Shown: positions 1-9,276 of the stretch, piece by piece
Numbering within the stretch: the stretch's first letter is position 1
How the letters are laid out: each line of letters begins with the position of its first letter
DNA from: Thermoanaerobaculia bacterium
GTDB taxonomy: Bacteria > Acidobacteriota > Thermoanaerobaculia > UBA5066
Direction: 5' to 3'
DNA: 64,000 bases
Assembly: GCA_963719225.1 (NCBI GenBank)
Contig: CAVRAY010000001.1
Coordinates: 544,001 to 608,000, forward strand
The notes under the pieces: generated by a model
Seen by the model: only the letters and a program-made list of their open reading frames with translations
The model's database searches: none
What the model was told of the DNA's origin: nothing
Position numbers and translations under genes: made by a program

Positions 1-120
1 CAGCCTCTCGAGCGCATCATCCGGATCCGGACGGGAGAGCAGGACGTGCAGGCGCTCACCCCCGTTTCAGCCGACGAGGTCCAGGCGCGGGCGATCCGCG
101 CGAAACGGGAGCCGTCGTGA
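1..120 (+). CDS. P-II family nitrogen regulator, 3' end (partial)
   Basis: Frame 1 reads QPLERIIRIRTGEQDVQAL...EPS*. IRIRTGE is the P-II C-terminal signature, and the stop overlaps the amtB start (GTGA). Confidence 0.85.
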   Translation, partial: QPLERIIRIRTGEQDVQALTPVSADEVQARAIRAKREPS

Positions 121-1418
121 ACGCCCCTTCGGCGATCAACTCCGGCGACACCGCGTGGCTCCTCGGCTCGGCGGCGCTCGTCTTCCTGATGAACCCGGGG
201 CTCGCGTTCTTCTATGCAGGCCTCGTGAGGCGGAAGAACACGCTCAATACGCTCATGATGACGTACGTCGCGATGGGCATGGGCGCCCTCGTCTGGATGG
301 CCGCCGGCTACTCCCTCGCGTTCGCGCCCGGTTCGCCCTTTCTCGGTGGCCTGAGGTGGCTCGGGCTCTCCGGAGTGGGCTCGGCTCCGGAGCCAGCCTA
401 TGCGGCCACCGTTCCTCATCTCGCGTACGTCGTCTTTCAGGGCATGTTCGCGACGATCACGCCCGCCCTGATCTCGGGCGCGATCGTCGAGCGCATGAGC
501 TTTCGCGCATACGTGCTTTTCATCGGCCTCTGGAGCCTCGTCGTGTACGCGCCGGTCGCGCACTGGGTCTGGGGCACGGGCGGATTCGTCCGCGCGTGGG
601 GCGCGCTCGACTTCGCCGGAGGAACGGTCGTGCACGTGACGGCGGGGACCGCGGCCCTCGTCGCCGCGATGTTCCTCGGCCCGCGGCAGGACAACAAGCG
701 CATCGCGCTGATTCCGCACAACGTCCCGTACGCGCTCCTCGGCGCGGGCCTCCTCTGGTTCGGGTGGTTCGGCTTCAACGCGGGATCCGCGCTCGCGGCG
801 AACGGAACCGCGGCGCTCGCGTTCATCACGACGAATGCCGGTGCGGCGTCGGCGCTTCTCACGTGGATCCTTCTCGAAAATTACTTCGGAGGTCATGCGA
901 CGGCGGTCGGTGCCGCGACGGGCGCCGTCGTCGGGCTCGTCGGCATCACGCCCGGGGCGGGCTTCGTGCCGCCGCTCGCCGCGGTCGCGATCGGCTCGCT
1001 GACGGCGCTCGCGAGCTTCAGCGCGCTGCGCCTGAGGGCCCGCACGTCGCTCGACGACACGCTCGACGTCTTCGCTTGTCACGGGATCGGCGGAATCACC
1101 GGCTCGATCCTGACGGGAGTCTTCGCATCCAAGGCCGCGAACCCGGACGGGGGCGACGGGCTCCTCGCAGGCGGAGCGGCGCTCCTCGGCATCCAGCTCG
1201 GGGCCGTCGCGGTCGTGTTCGTCTACACCGCGGCGGCCACGGCGGGCGTTCTCCTCCTCGTGAAGCTCGTGACGCCTCTCAGAATCGAGCTCCATGCCGA
1301 GCTCGAGGGCCTCGACCGGCAGGTGCATGGCGAGGAGGCGTACCGAGGCGGAAGCGCGGCGGGCGGACTCGGGGAATCCGTCATTCTCCTGCCGTCGGAG
1401 CGCGCCCCGGGAGTCTAG
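117..1418 (+). CDS. amtB: Ammonium transporter
   Basis: GDTAW, FFYAGLVR, DFAGGTVVH, WFGWFGFNAGS and DDTLDVFACHG motifs; follows a P-II gene. Confidence 0.97.
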   Translation: MNAPSAINSGDTAWLLGSAALVFLMNPGLAFFYAGLVRRKNTLNTLMMTYVAMGMGALVWMAAGYSLAFAPGSPFLGGLRWLGLSGVGSAPEPAYAATVPHLAYVVFQGMFATITPALISGAIVERMSFRAYVLFIGLWSLVVYAPVAHWVWGTGGFVRAWGALDFAGGTVVHVTAGTAALVAAMFLGPRQDNKRIALIPHNVPYALLGAGLLWFGWFGFNAGSALAANGTAALAFITTNAGAASALLTWILLENYFGGHATAVGAATGAVVGLVGITPGAGFVPPLAAVAIGSLTALASFSALRLRARTSLDDTLDVFACHGIGGITGSILTGVFASKAANPDGGDGLLAGGAALLGIQLGAVAVVFVYTAAATAGVLLLVKLVTPLRIELHAELEGLDRQVHGEEAYRGGSAAGGLGESVILLPSERAPGV

Positions 1419-2920
1419 GGTATGGGTGTCGCGCGTCCCGTCAGCACGGCGAGGCGCCTGAGCCGCGCGGCGAGGTCCGGCGAGAATGAATCCCTGGTGG
1501 CGCGCCAGGCCCAGTTCGCACCGGCGCGTCCGGGTACGTTCATGCGGCCCTCGGCTCCGAGGGCGAGGTAATCCTGCATCGGCGCGATGGCGCGATCGGC
1601 GACGGACGAGAACGCGGCGCGAACGAGGTCCCAGGACGCGTCCTCGCCCGACGTGCCGAGGTAGTCGCGAAAGCGGGTCTTCGCGGTTTCGTCGAGCGAC
1701 GCGAACCACGAGCGCGACGTGTCGTTGTCGTGCGTTCCCGTGTAGATCACCATGTTGGGAATGTAATGGTGCGGCAGGTGCTCGCTGTCGTTCTCACCGA
1801 AGGCGAATTGAAGCACCTTCATGCCGGGAAGCCCGAGGATCTCGACGAGCCGCCGGACGTCCTCCGTGAGGAGGCCGAGGTCTTCGGCGACGAGGGTGAC
1901 GTCCCCGAGCGCGTGCTGGATCGCCATGAAGAGCATGAGTCCCGGCCCGTTCACCCAGCGCCCGTCGCGCGCGGTGGCGGCGCCGGCGGGCACCTCCCAG
2001 TACGCCGAGAAGCCGCGGAAGTGGTCGAGGCGAACGACGTCGGCGAGCCGCAGGTTCAAGCGGATCCTCTCGATCCACCAGTCGTAGCCGTCCTCGGCGA
2101 GAACGTCCCACCGGTAGAGGGGATGGCCCCACAGCTGCCCGTCCGCGCTGAAGTCGTCGGGCGGAACGCCCGCCGAGGCCGTCGGCCGCCCGTCTTCGCC
2201 GAGAACGAAGAGCCGGCGGTGCGCCCACACGTCGGCGCTGTCACACGCGACGTAGATGGGGAGGTCCCCCATCACCGAAATGTCGCGCGCGTTCGCTTCC
2301 GACTTCACGCGCTGCCACTGCCGGAAGAAGAGGAACTGCGCGTACGTGTGGAACGCGATCTCGCCCTCGAGCTCCTTCCGCGCCGCGGCAAGCGCCTCCT
2401 CCTCGCGCTTCGCGAGAGCGGGATCCCATTCCGTCCAGGGCCGGCCCGCGTTCTTCTCCCTGAGGGCGGCGAAGAGGGACCAGTCGGCGAGCCAGGCGGC
2501 GTTCGACGACGCATTCGCGAACCGGGAGACCTCGTCCAGGATGCGCCCGCCGAGTGACTTCGAGTGGCGGAACGAGTCCTCGAGGAGGCGGCGGCGGAAC
2601 GGCACGACCCGCTCCCAGTCCACGCGCCCCTCCGGGAATTCCGGGGCTGCGTCCAAAGCCCCGGCTGGGAGGAGACCCTCCTCGACGAGCCACTCCGGCG
2701 AGACGAGGAGCGGATCGCCCGCGAAGGCCGAGAGCCCGTCGTACGGGGAGTGGTGGGGGCCGGTGGGGCCGGGTGGCAGGACCTGCCAGAGTCTCAGCCC
2801 CGCCTGGGACGCCCAGTCGAGGAAGGCGTCGGCGGCCGGGCCGAGGTCCCCCACGCCGAACCGCGAGGGCAGGGACGTCGGGTGCAGGAGCACGCCAGCC
2901 TGTCGCGTGGGACGAGTCAT
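1415..2920 (-). CDS. malQ: 4-alpha-glucanotransferase (GH77)
   Basis: GVLLHPTSLP, WQVLP, GDLPIYV, RLDHFRGF, AEDLG and YTGTHDNDT motifs. Confidence 0.97.
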   Translation of the reverse strand: MTRPTRQAGVLLHPTSLPSRFGVGDLGPAADAFLDWASQAGLRLWQVLPPGPTGPHHSPYDGLSAFAGDPLLVSPEWLVEEGLLPAGALDAAPEFPEGRVDWERVVPFRRRLLEDSFRHSKSLGGRILDEVSRFANASSNAAWLADWSLFAALREKNAGRPWTEWDPALAKREEEALAAARKELEGEIAFHTYAQFLFFRQWQRVKSEANARDISVMGDLPIYVACDSADVWAHRRLFVLGEDGRPTASAGVPPDDFSADGQLWGHPLYRWDVLAEDGYDWWIERIRLNLRLADVVRLDHFRGFSAYWEVPAGAATARDGRWVNGPGLMLFMAIQHALGDVTLVAEDLGLLTEDVRRLVEILGLPGMKVLQFAFGENDSEHLPHHYIPNMVIYTGTHDNDTSRSWFASLDETAKTRFRDYLGTSGEDASWDLVRAAFSSVADRAIAPMQDYLALGAEGRMNVPGRAGANWAWRATRDSFSPDLAARLRRLAVLTGRATPIP

Positions 2921-2944
2921 TTCTCGGATGCTACCCCGGCGGCT

Positions 2945-4483
2945 TCACCGGCCCATGCCGGCTTCGTGCCCGAGAATCCGGAGCGCCCGCCCGTAGATCG
3001 CCTCCACTTCCTCGCGCGTGTTCCCGATCGCCGTCATTCCGAGCTTTCCATATTCCGAAAGCGCCCCGATGAGATGAAAGAGGACGCCCGATTCGGAATT
3101 GTGACTGTAGTGAAGGGAGTTGATCGTGACGATCTCGATGAGGTCCTCCGGCAGGAGTCCGCGGAACGTCTCCGACTGGAGGTTGTCCGTCGCGCGATAG
3201 AACTTCGGCGAGCCCCTGGGCGAATGAAAGAGGCCGGTCTCGGCATCGAGCTGCCCGCCCGTCAGGAACTGGAGCGCGAGGTAAGGATGCGTCGTGCCGC
3301 CCATGCGGAGGTTGATCTCGAGCGCCCACGCCTTCCAGGGGGCCGAGGGAGCGTCGCGGGTCACCAGGAAGTCGATCCCGAATCGGCTCACGACGCCCTT
3401 GGCGGCGAGAACAGCGCCGATCCGCAGGGCCACTTCGTGGATGTGCATCCGGTACGCGTCGTCTGCCGGAAAGAGGCAGCCGAGAAACACCTGGCCGCTC
3501 GGTCCTCCCAGGATCTGATCGTGGGTGGAGATGGGGATGACGGCACCGTGAGGACCGCTCCGGAGCTGGACGCTCGGCGAGGCCTTGAAGGGAGCCTCGA
3601 GGAACTCCTCGGCGATGCCGCCCATCCTTCGAAACTTCCCGTGGTAATCGCTCCACGTCTCCCACGGCACCGAGAACTCCACTGCGGGAAGCGTCGCGTG
3701 GACCGCCTCGGCGAGATCGCCGCGAGCGTCGGGATACCGGAAGACGGCGTTTCCCTCGCCCGAGAAACTGTCGTTCAGCTTCACGACCGCGCTCTTCAGG
3801 CCCGGTTTCCGCCGCTTGAGCTCGACGAGGGCCGCCTCGATGTCCTGGTCGTCGCGCAGGTCCTCGAGGCCGTCGGGAATCGCGATACCCGCCTCGCGGA
3901 AGATCTTCCGGCCTCCTGACTTCGTTCCGTACGCGTTGAGCGCGGGATCGACCCCGTTGAGCGGAATCCCGAGAAGGACCGAGAGCTTGCGCTCGAGGGC
4001 CGTCGAGTTGAATACCGTGAGGTATGCCCGTGAACGGTCGGCGATGCCCTGGCGGATGCGCTCGAGGAGGCGCGGGCGCTCGAGGATCTTCTCCGTGAGA
4101 GATCGCGGCGAGGCGTCGTGCGCGCAGAGGAGAGTCAGCCGGCTCCGCGCATGGCTCGTCGGGATGCCGACGAGGAGCTGGAAGTAATACTCGAGGACGA
4201 GGGGATGCACGGGCTGTGACGTGACGAAGACGACGCGCGCCCGCGGATTTCGAAGCCGGATGAGAAGGAAAAGCAGCCTCTCCTCGTAGAAGCTCGCTCC
4301 CTCGAGCTTCCTCATCTCGGCCTGGTCGAGCGTGAGCGAGGGAACGACGACCGACGTGTGCGGCTCCTGGTCACGTCCCGCGATCGAATCCCAGACCGCG
4401 GCGAGGCGCGGTTTGAGCGCCTCGAACTCGGCGAGCTCCTCGTCGAGCGTGAGCGCGGACGCGAACGGTGGGCGGGGGATCAA
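2945..4483 (-). CDS. PGM1/BesA-related ATP-grasp peptide ligase
   Basis: VVVPSLT...YEERLL N-terminus, KLNDSFSGEGNA, SPSVQ, STHDQILGG, EINLRMGGTTHP. Confidence 0.85.
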   Translation of the reverse strand: MIPRPPFASALTLDEELAEFEALKPRLAAVWDSIAGRDQEPHTSVVVPSLTLDQAEMRKLEGASFYEERLLFLLIRLRNPRARVVFVTSQPVHPLVLEYYFQLLVGIPTSHARSRLTLLCAHDASPRSLTEKILERPRLLERIRQGIADRSRAYLTVFNSTALERKLSVLLGIPLNGVDPALNAYGTKSGGRKIFREAGIAIPDGLEDLRDDQDIEAALVELKRRKPGLKSAVVKLNDSFSGEGNAVFRYPDARGDLAEAVHATLPAVEFSVPWETWSDYHGKFRRMGGIAEEFLEAPFKASPSVQLRSGPHGAVIPISTHDQILGGPSGQVFLGCLFPADDAYRMHIHEVALRIGAVLAAKGVVSRFGIDFLVTRDAPSAPWKAWALEINLRMGGTTHPYLALQFLTGGQLDAETGLFHSPRGSPKFYRATDNLQSETFRGLLPEDLIEIVTINSLHYSHNSESGVLFHLIGALSEYGKLGMTAIGNTREEVEAIYGRALRILGHEAGMGR

Positions 4484-4523
4484 CCTGGACCCATTCTAAA
4501 GGCGGTGAACGGCGCCAGAACCG

Positions 4524-4540
4524 GGGCACGCTTCTTGATT
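4524..4540 (+). promoter_or_regulatory. Putative sigma-54 (-24/-12) promoter of pilin 1
   Basis: GGCACG-CTTC-TTGA; the same pattern occurs before pilin 2. The -12 element is GA rather than GC. Confidence 0.5.
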
Positions 4541-4564
4541 GCGTTTCGGTGAACGAGAGGGAGA

Positions 4565-5050
4565 ATGACGAGACGCCGGGGATTCACGCTCATCGAGCTC
4601 CTGATCGTCGTGGCGATCATCGGAATCATCGTCGCGATTGCCGTCGTGAACATGATCAACGCAATTCAGCGCGCGAAGCAGAAGCGCTCGATGGCGGACA
4701 TGAGGAGCCTCGCGACGGCAATCGAGGCGTACGCGACCGATCAGAATTACTATCCGGCCGCGGCCGGTTACACGTTGCCTTCAGGGCTCTCGCTCCCCAC
4801 CGGGACGCTCGGGCCGGTGCCGGACTCGCTCAGCCCGACGTACCTGAGGGTGGTGCCGCTCGTCGACGGGTGGAGCTCCTACTACACGTATGGGACCAGC
4901 ACCTCCCAGACCGACTTCGTGGTGCGCTCGGCCGGTGCCGACGGAGCCCTCGATTCCTCCCCGATTTGGGGCCTGACGACCAACTTCAACGCCGACATCA
5001 TCCTCGTCGACGGGACCTTCGTGCAGTACCCGGAGGGTGCTCAGAAATGA
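4565..5050 (+). CDS. Type IV pilin / GspG-like pseudopilin (paralog 1)
   Basis: RRRG|FTLIELLIVVAII class III signal; C-terminal DGW...Y...SAGADG. Confidence 0.92.
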   Translation: MTRRRGFTLIELLIVVAIIGIIVAIAVVNMINAIQRAKQKRSMADMRSLATAIEAYATDQNYYPAAAGYTLPSGLSLPTGTLGPVPDSLSPTYLRVVPLVDGWSSYYTYGTSTSQTDFVVRSAGADGALDSSPIWGLTTNFNADIILVDGTFVQYPEGAQK

Positions 5051-5178
5051 CTCGGTGCGGAGCCGGCCCGACAAACGGTGTCCCGGTCTGCCCGCCTCCT
5101 CCGACAAAATTTCGTCGCCGCGCCGGTGTTCAGGCCCTATTCCTGCCCGAACCAGCCGGATTCCGGCTCCCCGGATCG

Positions 5179-5194
5179 CGGCACGCGTCTTGAA
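5179..5194 (+). promoter_or_regulatory. Putative sigma-54 promoter of pilin 2
   Basis: CGGCACG-CGTC-TTGA, followed by an AGGAGG RBS at 5211-5216; upstream dyads at 5070-5082 and 5102-5117. Confidence 0.55.
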
Positions 5195-5224
5195 AGCACA
5201 TCGGCACATTAGGAGGTTCATCTT

Positions 5225-5731
5225 ATGAAGAAGAGGAACAACAAGGGATTCACCCTCATCGAGCTCTTGATCGTCGTGGCCATCATCGGCATCATCGTCG
5301 CCATCGCCATTCCGAACCTGCTCAACGCCATTCAGCGCGCCAAGCAGAAGAGGACGATGGGCGACATGCGGACGGCCGGCACGGCGGCCGAAGCGTACGC
5401 CGTCGATTTCAATCACTACCCGGCAGCCGCCGGCTACACGCTGCCGTCGGCTCTCACGTGGCCTTTCTCAGCCACCTTCGGCGCGCCGGGCTGCGCGGCC
5501 CCCTGCCTCAACGGCCAGGTGACCCCGACGTACGTCCGCCTCCTGCCGCTCACGGACGGCTGGAATTCGTACTTCCTCTATGCAAGCGGCACCCAGAACT
5601 ACGGGCTCGCGTCGAACGGGAAGGATGGCCTGCAGGAAACCCCCCCCTGGACCGAAACGACCAACTTCAACAACGACATCATCTTCGTCGACGGCCAATT
5701 CACCAATTACCCAGCGGGCGCGCAGAACTGA
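5225..5731 (+). CDS. Type IV pilin / GspG-like (paralog 2, probable major pilin)
   Basis: NKG|FTLIELLIVVAIIGIIVAIAIPN; strong RBS and its own terminator. Confidence 0.92.
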   Translation: MKKRNNKGFTLIELLIVVAIIGIIVAIAIPNLLNAIQRAKQKRTMGDMRTAGTAAEAYAVDFNHYPAAAGYTLPSALTWPFSATFGAPGCAAPCLNGQVTPTYVRLLPLTDGWNSYFLYASGTQNYGLASNGKDGLQETPPWTETTNFNNDIIFVDGQFTNYPAGAQN

Positions 5732-5757
5732 TCGTCCTCCTTCTGCAGCCCGAACCC

Positions 5758-5790
5758 AAGAGCCCCCTCGTCGGGGGCTCTTTTCTTTTC
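5758..5790 (+). terminator. Intrinsic terminator after pilin 2
   Basis: AAGAGCCCCC-TCGTC-GGGGGCTCTT stem-loop followed by TTCTTTTC. Confidence 0.9.
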
Positions 5791-5809
5791 CGGGCCTAGA
5801 ATCGTGGAG

Positions 5810-8101
5810 GTGCAAGGCCGCGGGACGATGGGACGGACGGCGCTCCTGGGCGGCGCCCTGGGACTGGCGTTCGCAAGCCTCCTTCTCGTCCGCTGCATCC
5901 TCACGGGGGGTGTACCGGCTCGAGGCGATCTTGCCGACTTCTTCTGGCCGATGAAGGCATACACCGCCGCGCGATGGCCTTCGGGAGTGCCGCTCTGGAA
6001 TCCCCTTTCGGGCTGCGGTGAGCCCTGGCTCGCGCAGCTTCAAACGGGAGTCTTCAACCCCGGAGACCTGCCGTTTCTGCTTCCGGGTGCCGCTGGCCCT
6101 CTTCTCGGAATCGCGCTCCACCTCGCGATCGCCGCGGCCGGAATGGCGGCCTGGCTATCGGCGCTCGGCACATCGCGCGCGGGCGCTCTCCTCGGGGCCG
6201 GTGTCTTTGCGGGAGGAGGCGCTTTTCTCTCCCTGGGGCTCGTGTACAACAACTTCGAAACGGCCGCCTTCCTGCCCTGGCTGTTCCTGTCGGCGCGGCA
6301 CGCGGCACGCGGCGGCTCGCCCGCAGGGCTCGCCGTCTCCCTCGCCCTCGCGTTTCTGGGCGGCGAGCCGGCCCTGGCCGCCGCCGGCGCGATGGCCGCG
6401 ACGTTCGTCGCGTTCGCAACGCAGCGCGACGAGCCGGGCCCGCCCCCGCGCGGCCTTCGGGGAGGCTCGCGCCTTCTGGGAGGGCTCGTTCTCGGCGCGG
6501 GCCTCACGGCCGCCGCCGCGATTCCGTTCCTGGAATACGCCGTGTCGTCCGGCCGGATCGCGGGCGTGACGAAGAAAGAAGCTCTCGCGCGACCGGTCGG
6601 CGCCTCGGACCTCGTCGACCTCGTCCTTCCGCCCACCGACGCCCTCCTCTTTCGACCGTCGGAAGGCCGTGGGGGATACCTCACGACCCTCGCCCTCTCG
6701 CCGCTCGTCCTCCTTCTCGCGGCGGGGTCGGGCGCAGGGTTCGCGGCCCGTCCCCGCCTCCTCGGCGCGCTGACGATCCTCGGTCTCGCGGGCTTCCTCC
6801 TCGCGCTCGGGGCGCGCGGCGGAATCCTCCCTTTGCTTTGGGACGTGGGGCTCGCGAAGGGCCTTCGGTTCCCCGCGCGCTGGTTCGTCCTGACGCACCT
6901 CGCGCTCTCGGGCCTCGCGGGGGCGGGCCTCGACGGTTGGCTGCACGGACGGGTCTTCGGATGGCCAAAAGGTCGTGCCCCCGAGGAGGGCGCAGACGCG
7001 TCGCCGTCCGCCGTCTCGCGCCTCGCCCCCGTCCTGGTCTTCGGCGCGGCGGCTGCTGCGCTCCTCGGCGCCGGAGCGGTCTCCGGACGTCTGACGGGTC
7101 TTTCCGCCTGGGCGGCGCTCGTCGGAGCGGGAGCCGGCGCTTCTGTTCTGGCGTCCGCGCGCGCCACCGGTCGCCCCGGCGCTTCCCTCGCGGGGCCGTT
7201 CCTCGTGGCGATCGTGACGTTGCCTCTCGTTCCGGCATCGGCGGGACTCTTCGCGCCGACGCCCCTGACGCGACCTCCTTCCGCCGTCGCGGATCTGGGC
7301 CGAACACCGGGCCGCGTGTTCCCGGTGGTCTCGGACGCACCCTTGCTCGCGGCATTGGCGCGTGAAGCCGGCGGAGAATGGGGCGGCGCGTCGGGTGTGC
7401 GCGCGCGTGCCGCTCTCTCCGGCTACACGAACCTCCCGCTCGGGATTTCCTCGGCCGCCTCACCGTCCCCGATCGGAAATCCCCGCTTGACGCGCTTCCT
7501 CGGAGCGGCGCTTTCGGGAGGAGACGTGGAGACCATCCTCGCCCTTGCGGACGTACGGCACGTGGTGTCTCCGTTCCCGACGACCATCCCCGGCCTTCGG
7601 CTCGAACGGCACGAAGCGGGGATCCGCATTTACGCTCTCTCGCGTTCGTTCGGTCGCGTGTTTTTCGCACGCGCGGCCCTTGAAGCGGACGACGATGCGG
7701 CTTTTCGCACGCTTGCCACGCCTCTCTTCGACGCGGAGGCGGTCGTCCTTCTCGCGCCGCCCTCGGGGCCCCTTCCCGCTCCCCGCGCGGGCCGGACGTT
7801 CTCGGTCGCGCGGGTCGTCACGGACGTGCCCGAGGCCCTGGCGGTGGACACGGAGGCCTCCGAGACGGGTTATCTCGTCGTCACGCGCTCGCACGGACCT
7901 GGATGGAAAGCACGCGTGGACGGAACGGAAGTCCCGCTCCGGCGGGCGGATCTCGCTTTCTCGGCCGTGCTCGTGCCCGCGGGTGCGCATCGCATCGAGC
8001 TCTCCTACCGCCCGACCTCGTTCCGAGTCGGCGCGGCTGTCTCCGTGACGTCGCTCGTCATCCTCGCCGGCCTTCTCCTCGCGGGCCAGAGGCCCTCGTG
8101 A
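5810..8101 (+). CDS. YfhO-family polytopic membrane protein (GT-C glycosyltransferase-like)
   Basis: D..FFWP and PLWNP.SGCGEP N-terminus, many TM segments, C-terminal GWKARVDG...VPAGAHRIELSYRP. Start uncertain (5804, 5810 or 5828). Confidence 0.8.
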   Translation: MQGRGTMGRTALLGGALGLAFASLLLVRCILTGGVPARGDLADFFWPMKAYTAARWPSGVPLWNPLSGCGEPWLAQLQTGVFNPGDLPFLLPGAAGPLLGIALHLAIAAAGMAAWLSALGTSRAGALLGAGVFAGGGAFLSLGLVYNNFETAAFLPWLFLSARHAARGGSPAGLAVSLALAFLGGEPALAAAGAMAATFVAFATQRDEPGPPPRGLRGGSRLLGGLVLGAGLTAAAAIPFLEYAVSSGRIAGVTKKEALARPVGASDLVDLVLPPTDALLFRPSEGRGGYLTTLALSPLVLLLAAGSGAGFAARPRLLGALTILGLAGFLLALGARGGILPLLWDVGLAKGLRFPARWFVLTHLALSGLAGAGLDGWLHGRVFGWPKGRAPEEGADASPSAVSRLAPVLVFGAAAAALLGAGAVSGRLTGLSAWAALVGAGAGASVLASARATGRPGASLAGPFLVAIVTLPLVPASAGLFAPTPLTRPPSAVADLGRTPGRVFPVVSDAPLLAALAREAGGEWGGASGVRARAALSGYTNLPLGISSAASPSPIGNPRLTRFLGAALSGGDVETILALADVRHVVSPFPTTIPGLRLERHEAGIRIYALSRSFGRVFFARAALEADDDAAFRTLATPLFDAEAVVLLAPPSGPLPAPRAGRTFSVARVVTDVPEALAVDTEASETGYLVVTRSHGPGWKARVDGTEVPLRRADLAFSAVLVPAGAHRIELSYRPTSFRVGAAVSVTSLVILAGLLLAGQRPS

Positions 8102-9276
8102 ACGCGGCCGATGGCGTCCTTCTGTGCTTCTTCTTCGCGACGGGGGCCGTCGTAGGATCGTTCGCGAACGTCTGCATCCACCGCCTGCCGCGAGGAGCCT
8201 CGGTCGTCCACCCGGGCTCGCACTGTCCGGCCTGTGGCGCCGCCATCGCTTTCTACGACAACGTCCCGCTCGTGTCCTGGCTCGTGCTCCGCGGCCGATG
8301 CCGCGGGTGCGGAGCTCCCATTCGCGTCCGCTACCCGGCCGTCGAGCTGCTCGTCGCGCTCCTTTTCCTCGCCGCGGGTCTCCTCTACGGACCCACGCTC
8401 GTCGCAGCCTCCGCGGCGATTCTCTCGGCAGCGTGCGTGATCCTCGCGGCCACCGATCTCGAGGCGCGCACGCTGCCCGACGAAGTGACGTTCTCGACGC
8501 TCGGGTGCGGGCTGCTTCTTGCGGCGCTTCGCGACCACGCGGCTCGAAGCCCGGATCGTCCTTCCGCCTTCCGCTTCGCGGAGAGCCATTTCTTCGAGGC
8601 GCTGCTGGGAGCGTTCCTGGGAGCGGTTTTTCTGGAAGGTGTGAGGCGCGCCTACGCGAGACTGCGCGGCCAGGAAGGGATGGGCGGCGGCGACGTGAAG
8701 ATGCTCGCGATGGCGGGAGCGTTCACCGGGCCCGCAGGCGTCTTTTTCACGCTCCTTTTCGCGTCTCTCGCGGGCACGGCGCTGGCGGGCGGCGCGGCGG
8801 CCGTACGAGCGCTCAACTGGTCTCTCGAAGCGCGGCGCGCGCGGCGCTCATCCTCCTCGGCCCGTGCGGTTGCCGCGCGAGCCGGACTTCTGGTCGGCGA
8901 GAACGGCCTCGTCCTCGCGGCCTCCGCCCGCTTTCGGGAGATTCCCGGAGCGGCGGCGGAGGGAACCCGGCTCACGGCGGATTTCCCCACGGCCGGGCGC
9001 CTTCTCGCGTTCGTGCGGCTGGCGCGGACGCGGGCGCGGCGCGGGGCGCGAACGGCGCACGGACGCATTGCGCTGGACGACGGGGCGGCTTTTTTCCGGG
9101 TCCTCGCGGCACGCGCCGAGCCGACGCCGGCAGGACTACTCGTCCTCCTCGCCCGTGCCGACGTGCCGTTCGGCGTGTTTCTCGCGTGCGGGGCGCTCGC
9201 GGCTTTCGTGGCCGGTCGCGCGCTCTGGGAAGTGGTGGCCGGAGCCCTGCCGTGGATCCCGAGGCTCCTGCCGTGA
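8098..9276 (+). CDS. pilD: Prepilin peptidase with a ~120-aa insertion
   Basis: GSFANVCIHRLP, CPAC and CRGC Zn motifs, TDLEARTLPD, MGGGDVKM, VPFGVFLA. The GTG start overlaps the upstream stop. Confidence 0.93.
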   Translation: MNAADGVLLCFFFATGAVVGSFANVCIHRLPRGASVVHPGSHCPACGAAIAFYDNVPLVSWLVLRGRCRGCGAPIRVRYPAVELLVALLFLAAGLLYGPTLVAASAAILSAACVILAATDLEARTLPDEVTFSTLGCGLLLAALRDHAARSPDRPSAFRFAESHFFEALLGAFLGAVFLEGVRRAYARLRGQEGMGGGDVKMLAMAGAFTGPAGVFFTLLFASLAGTALAGGAAAVRALNWSLEARRARRSSSSARAVAARAGLLVGENGLVLAASARFREIPGAAAEGTRLTADFPTAGRLLAFVRLARTRARRGARTAHGRIALDDGAAFFRVLAARAEPTPAGLLVLLARADVPFGVFLACGALAAFVAGRALWEVVAGALPWIPRLLP

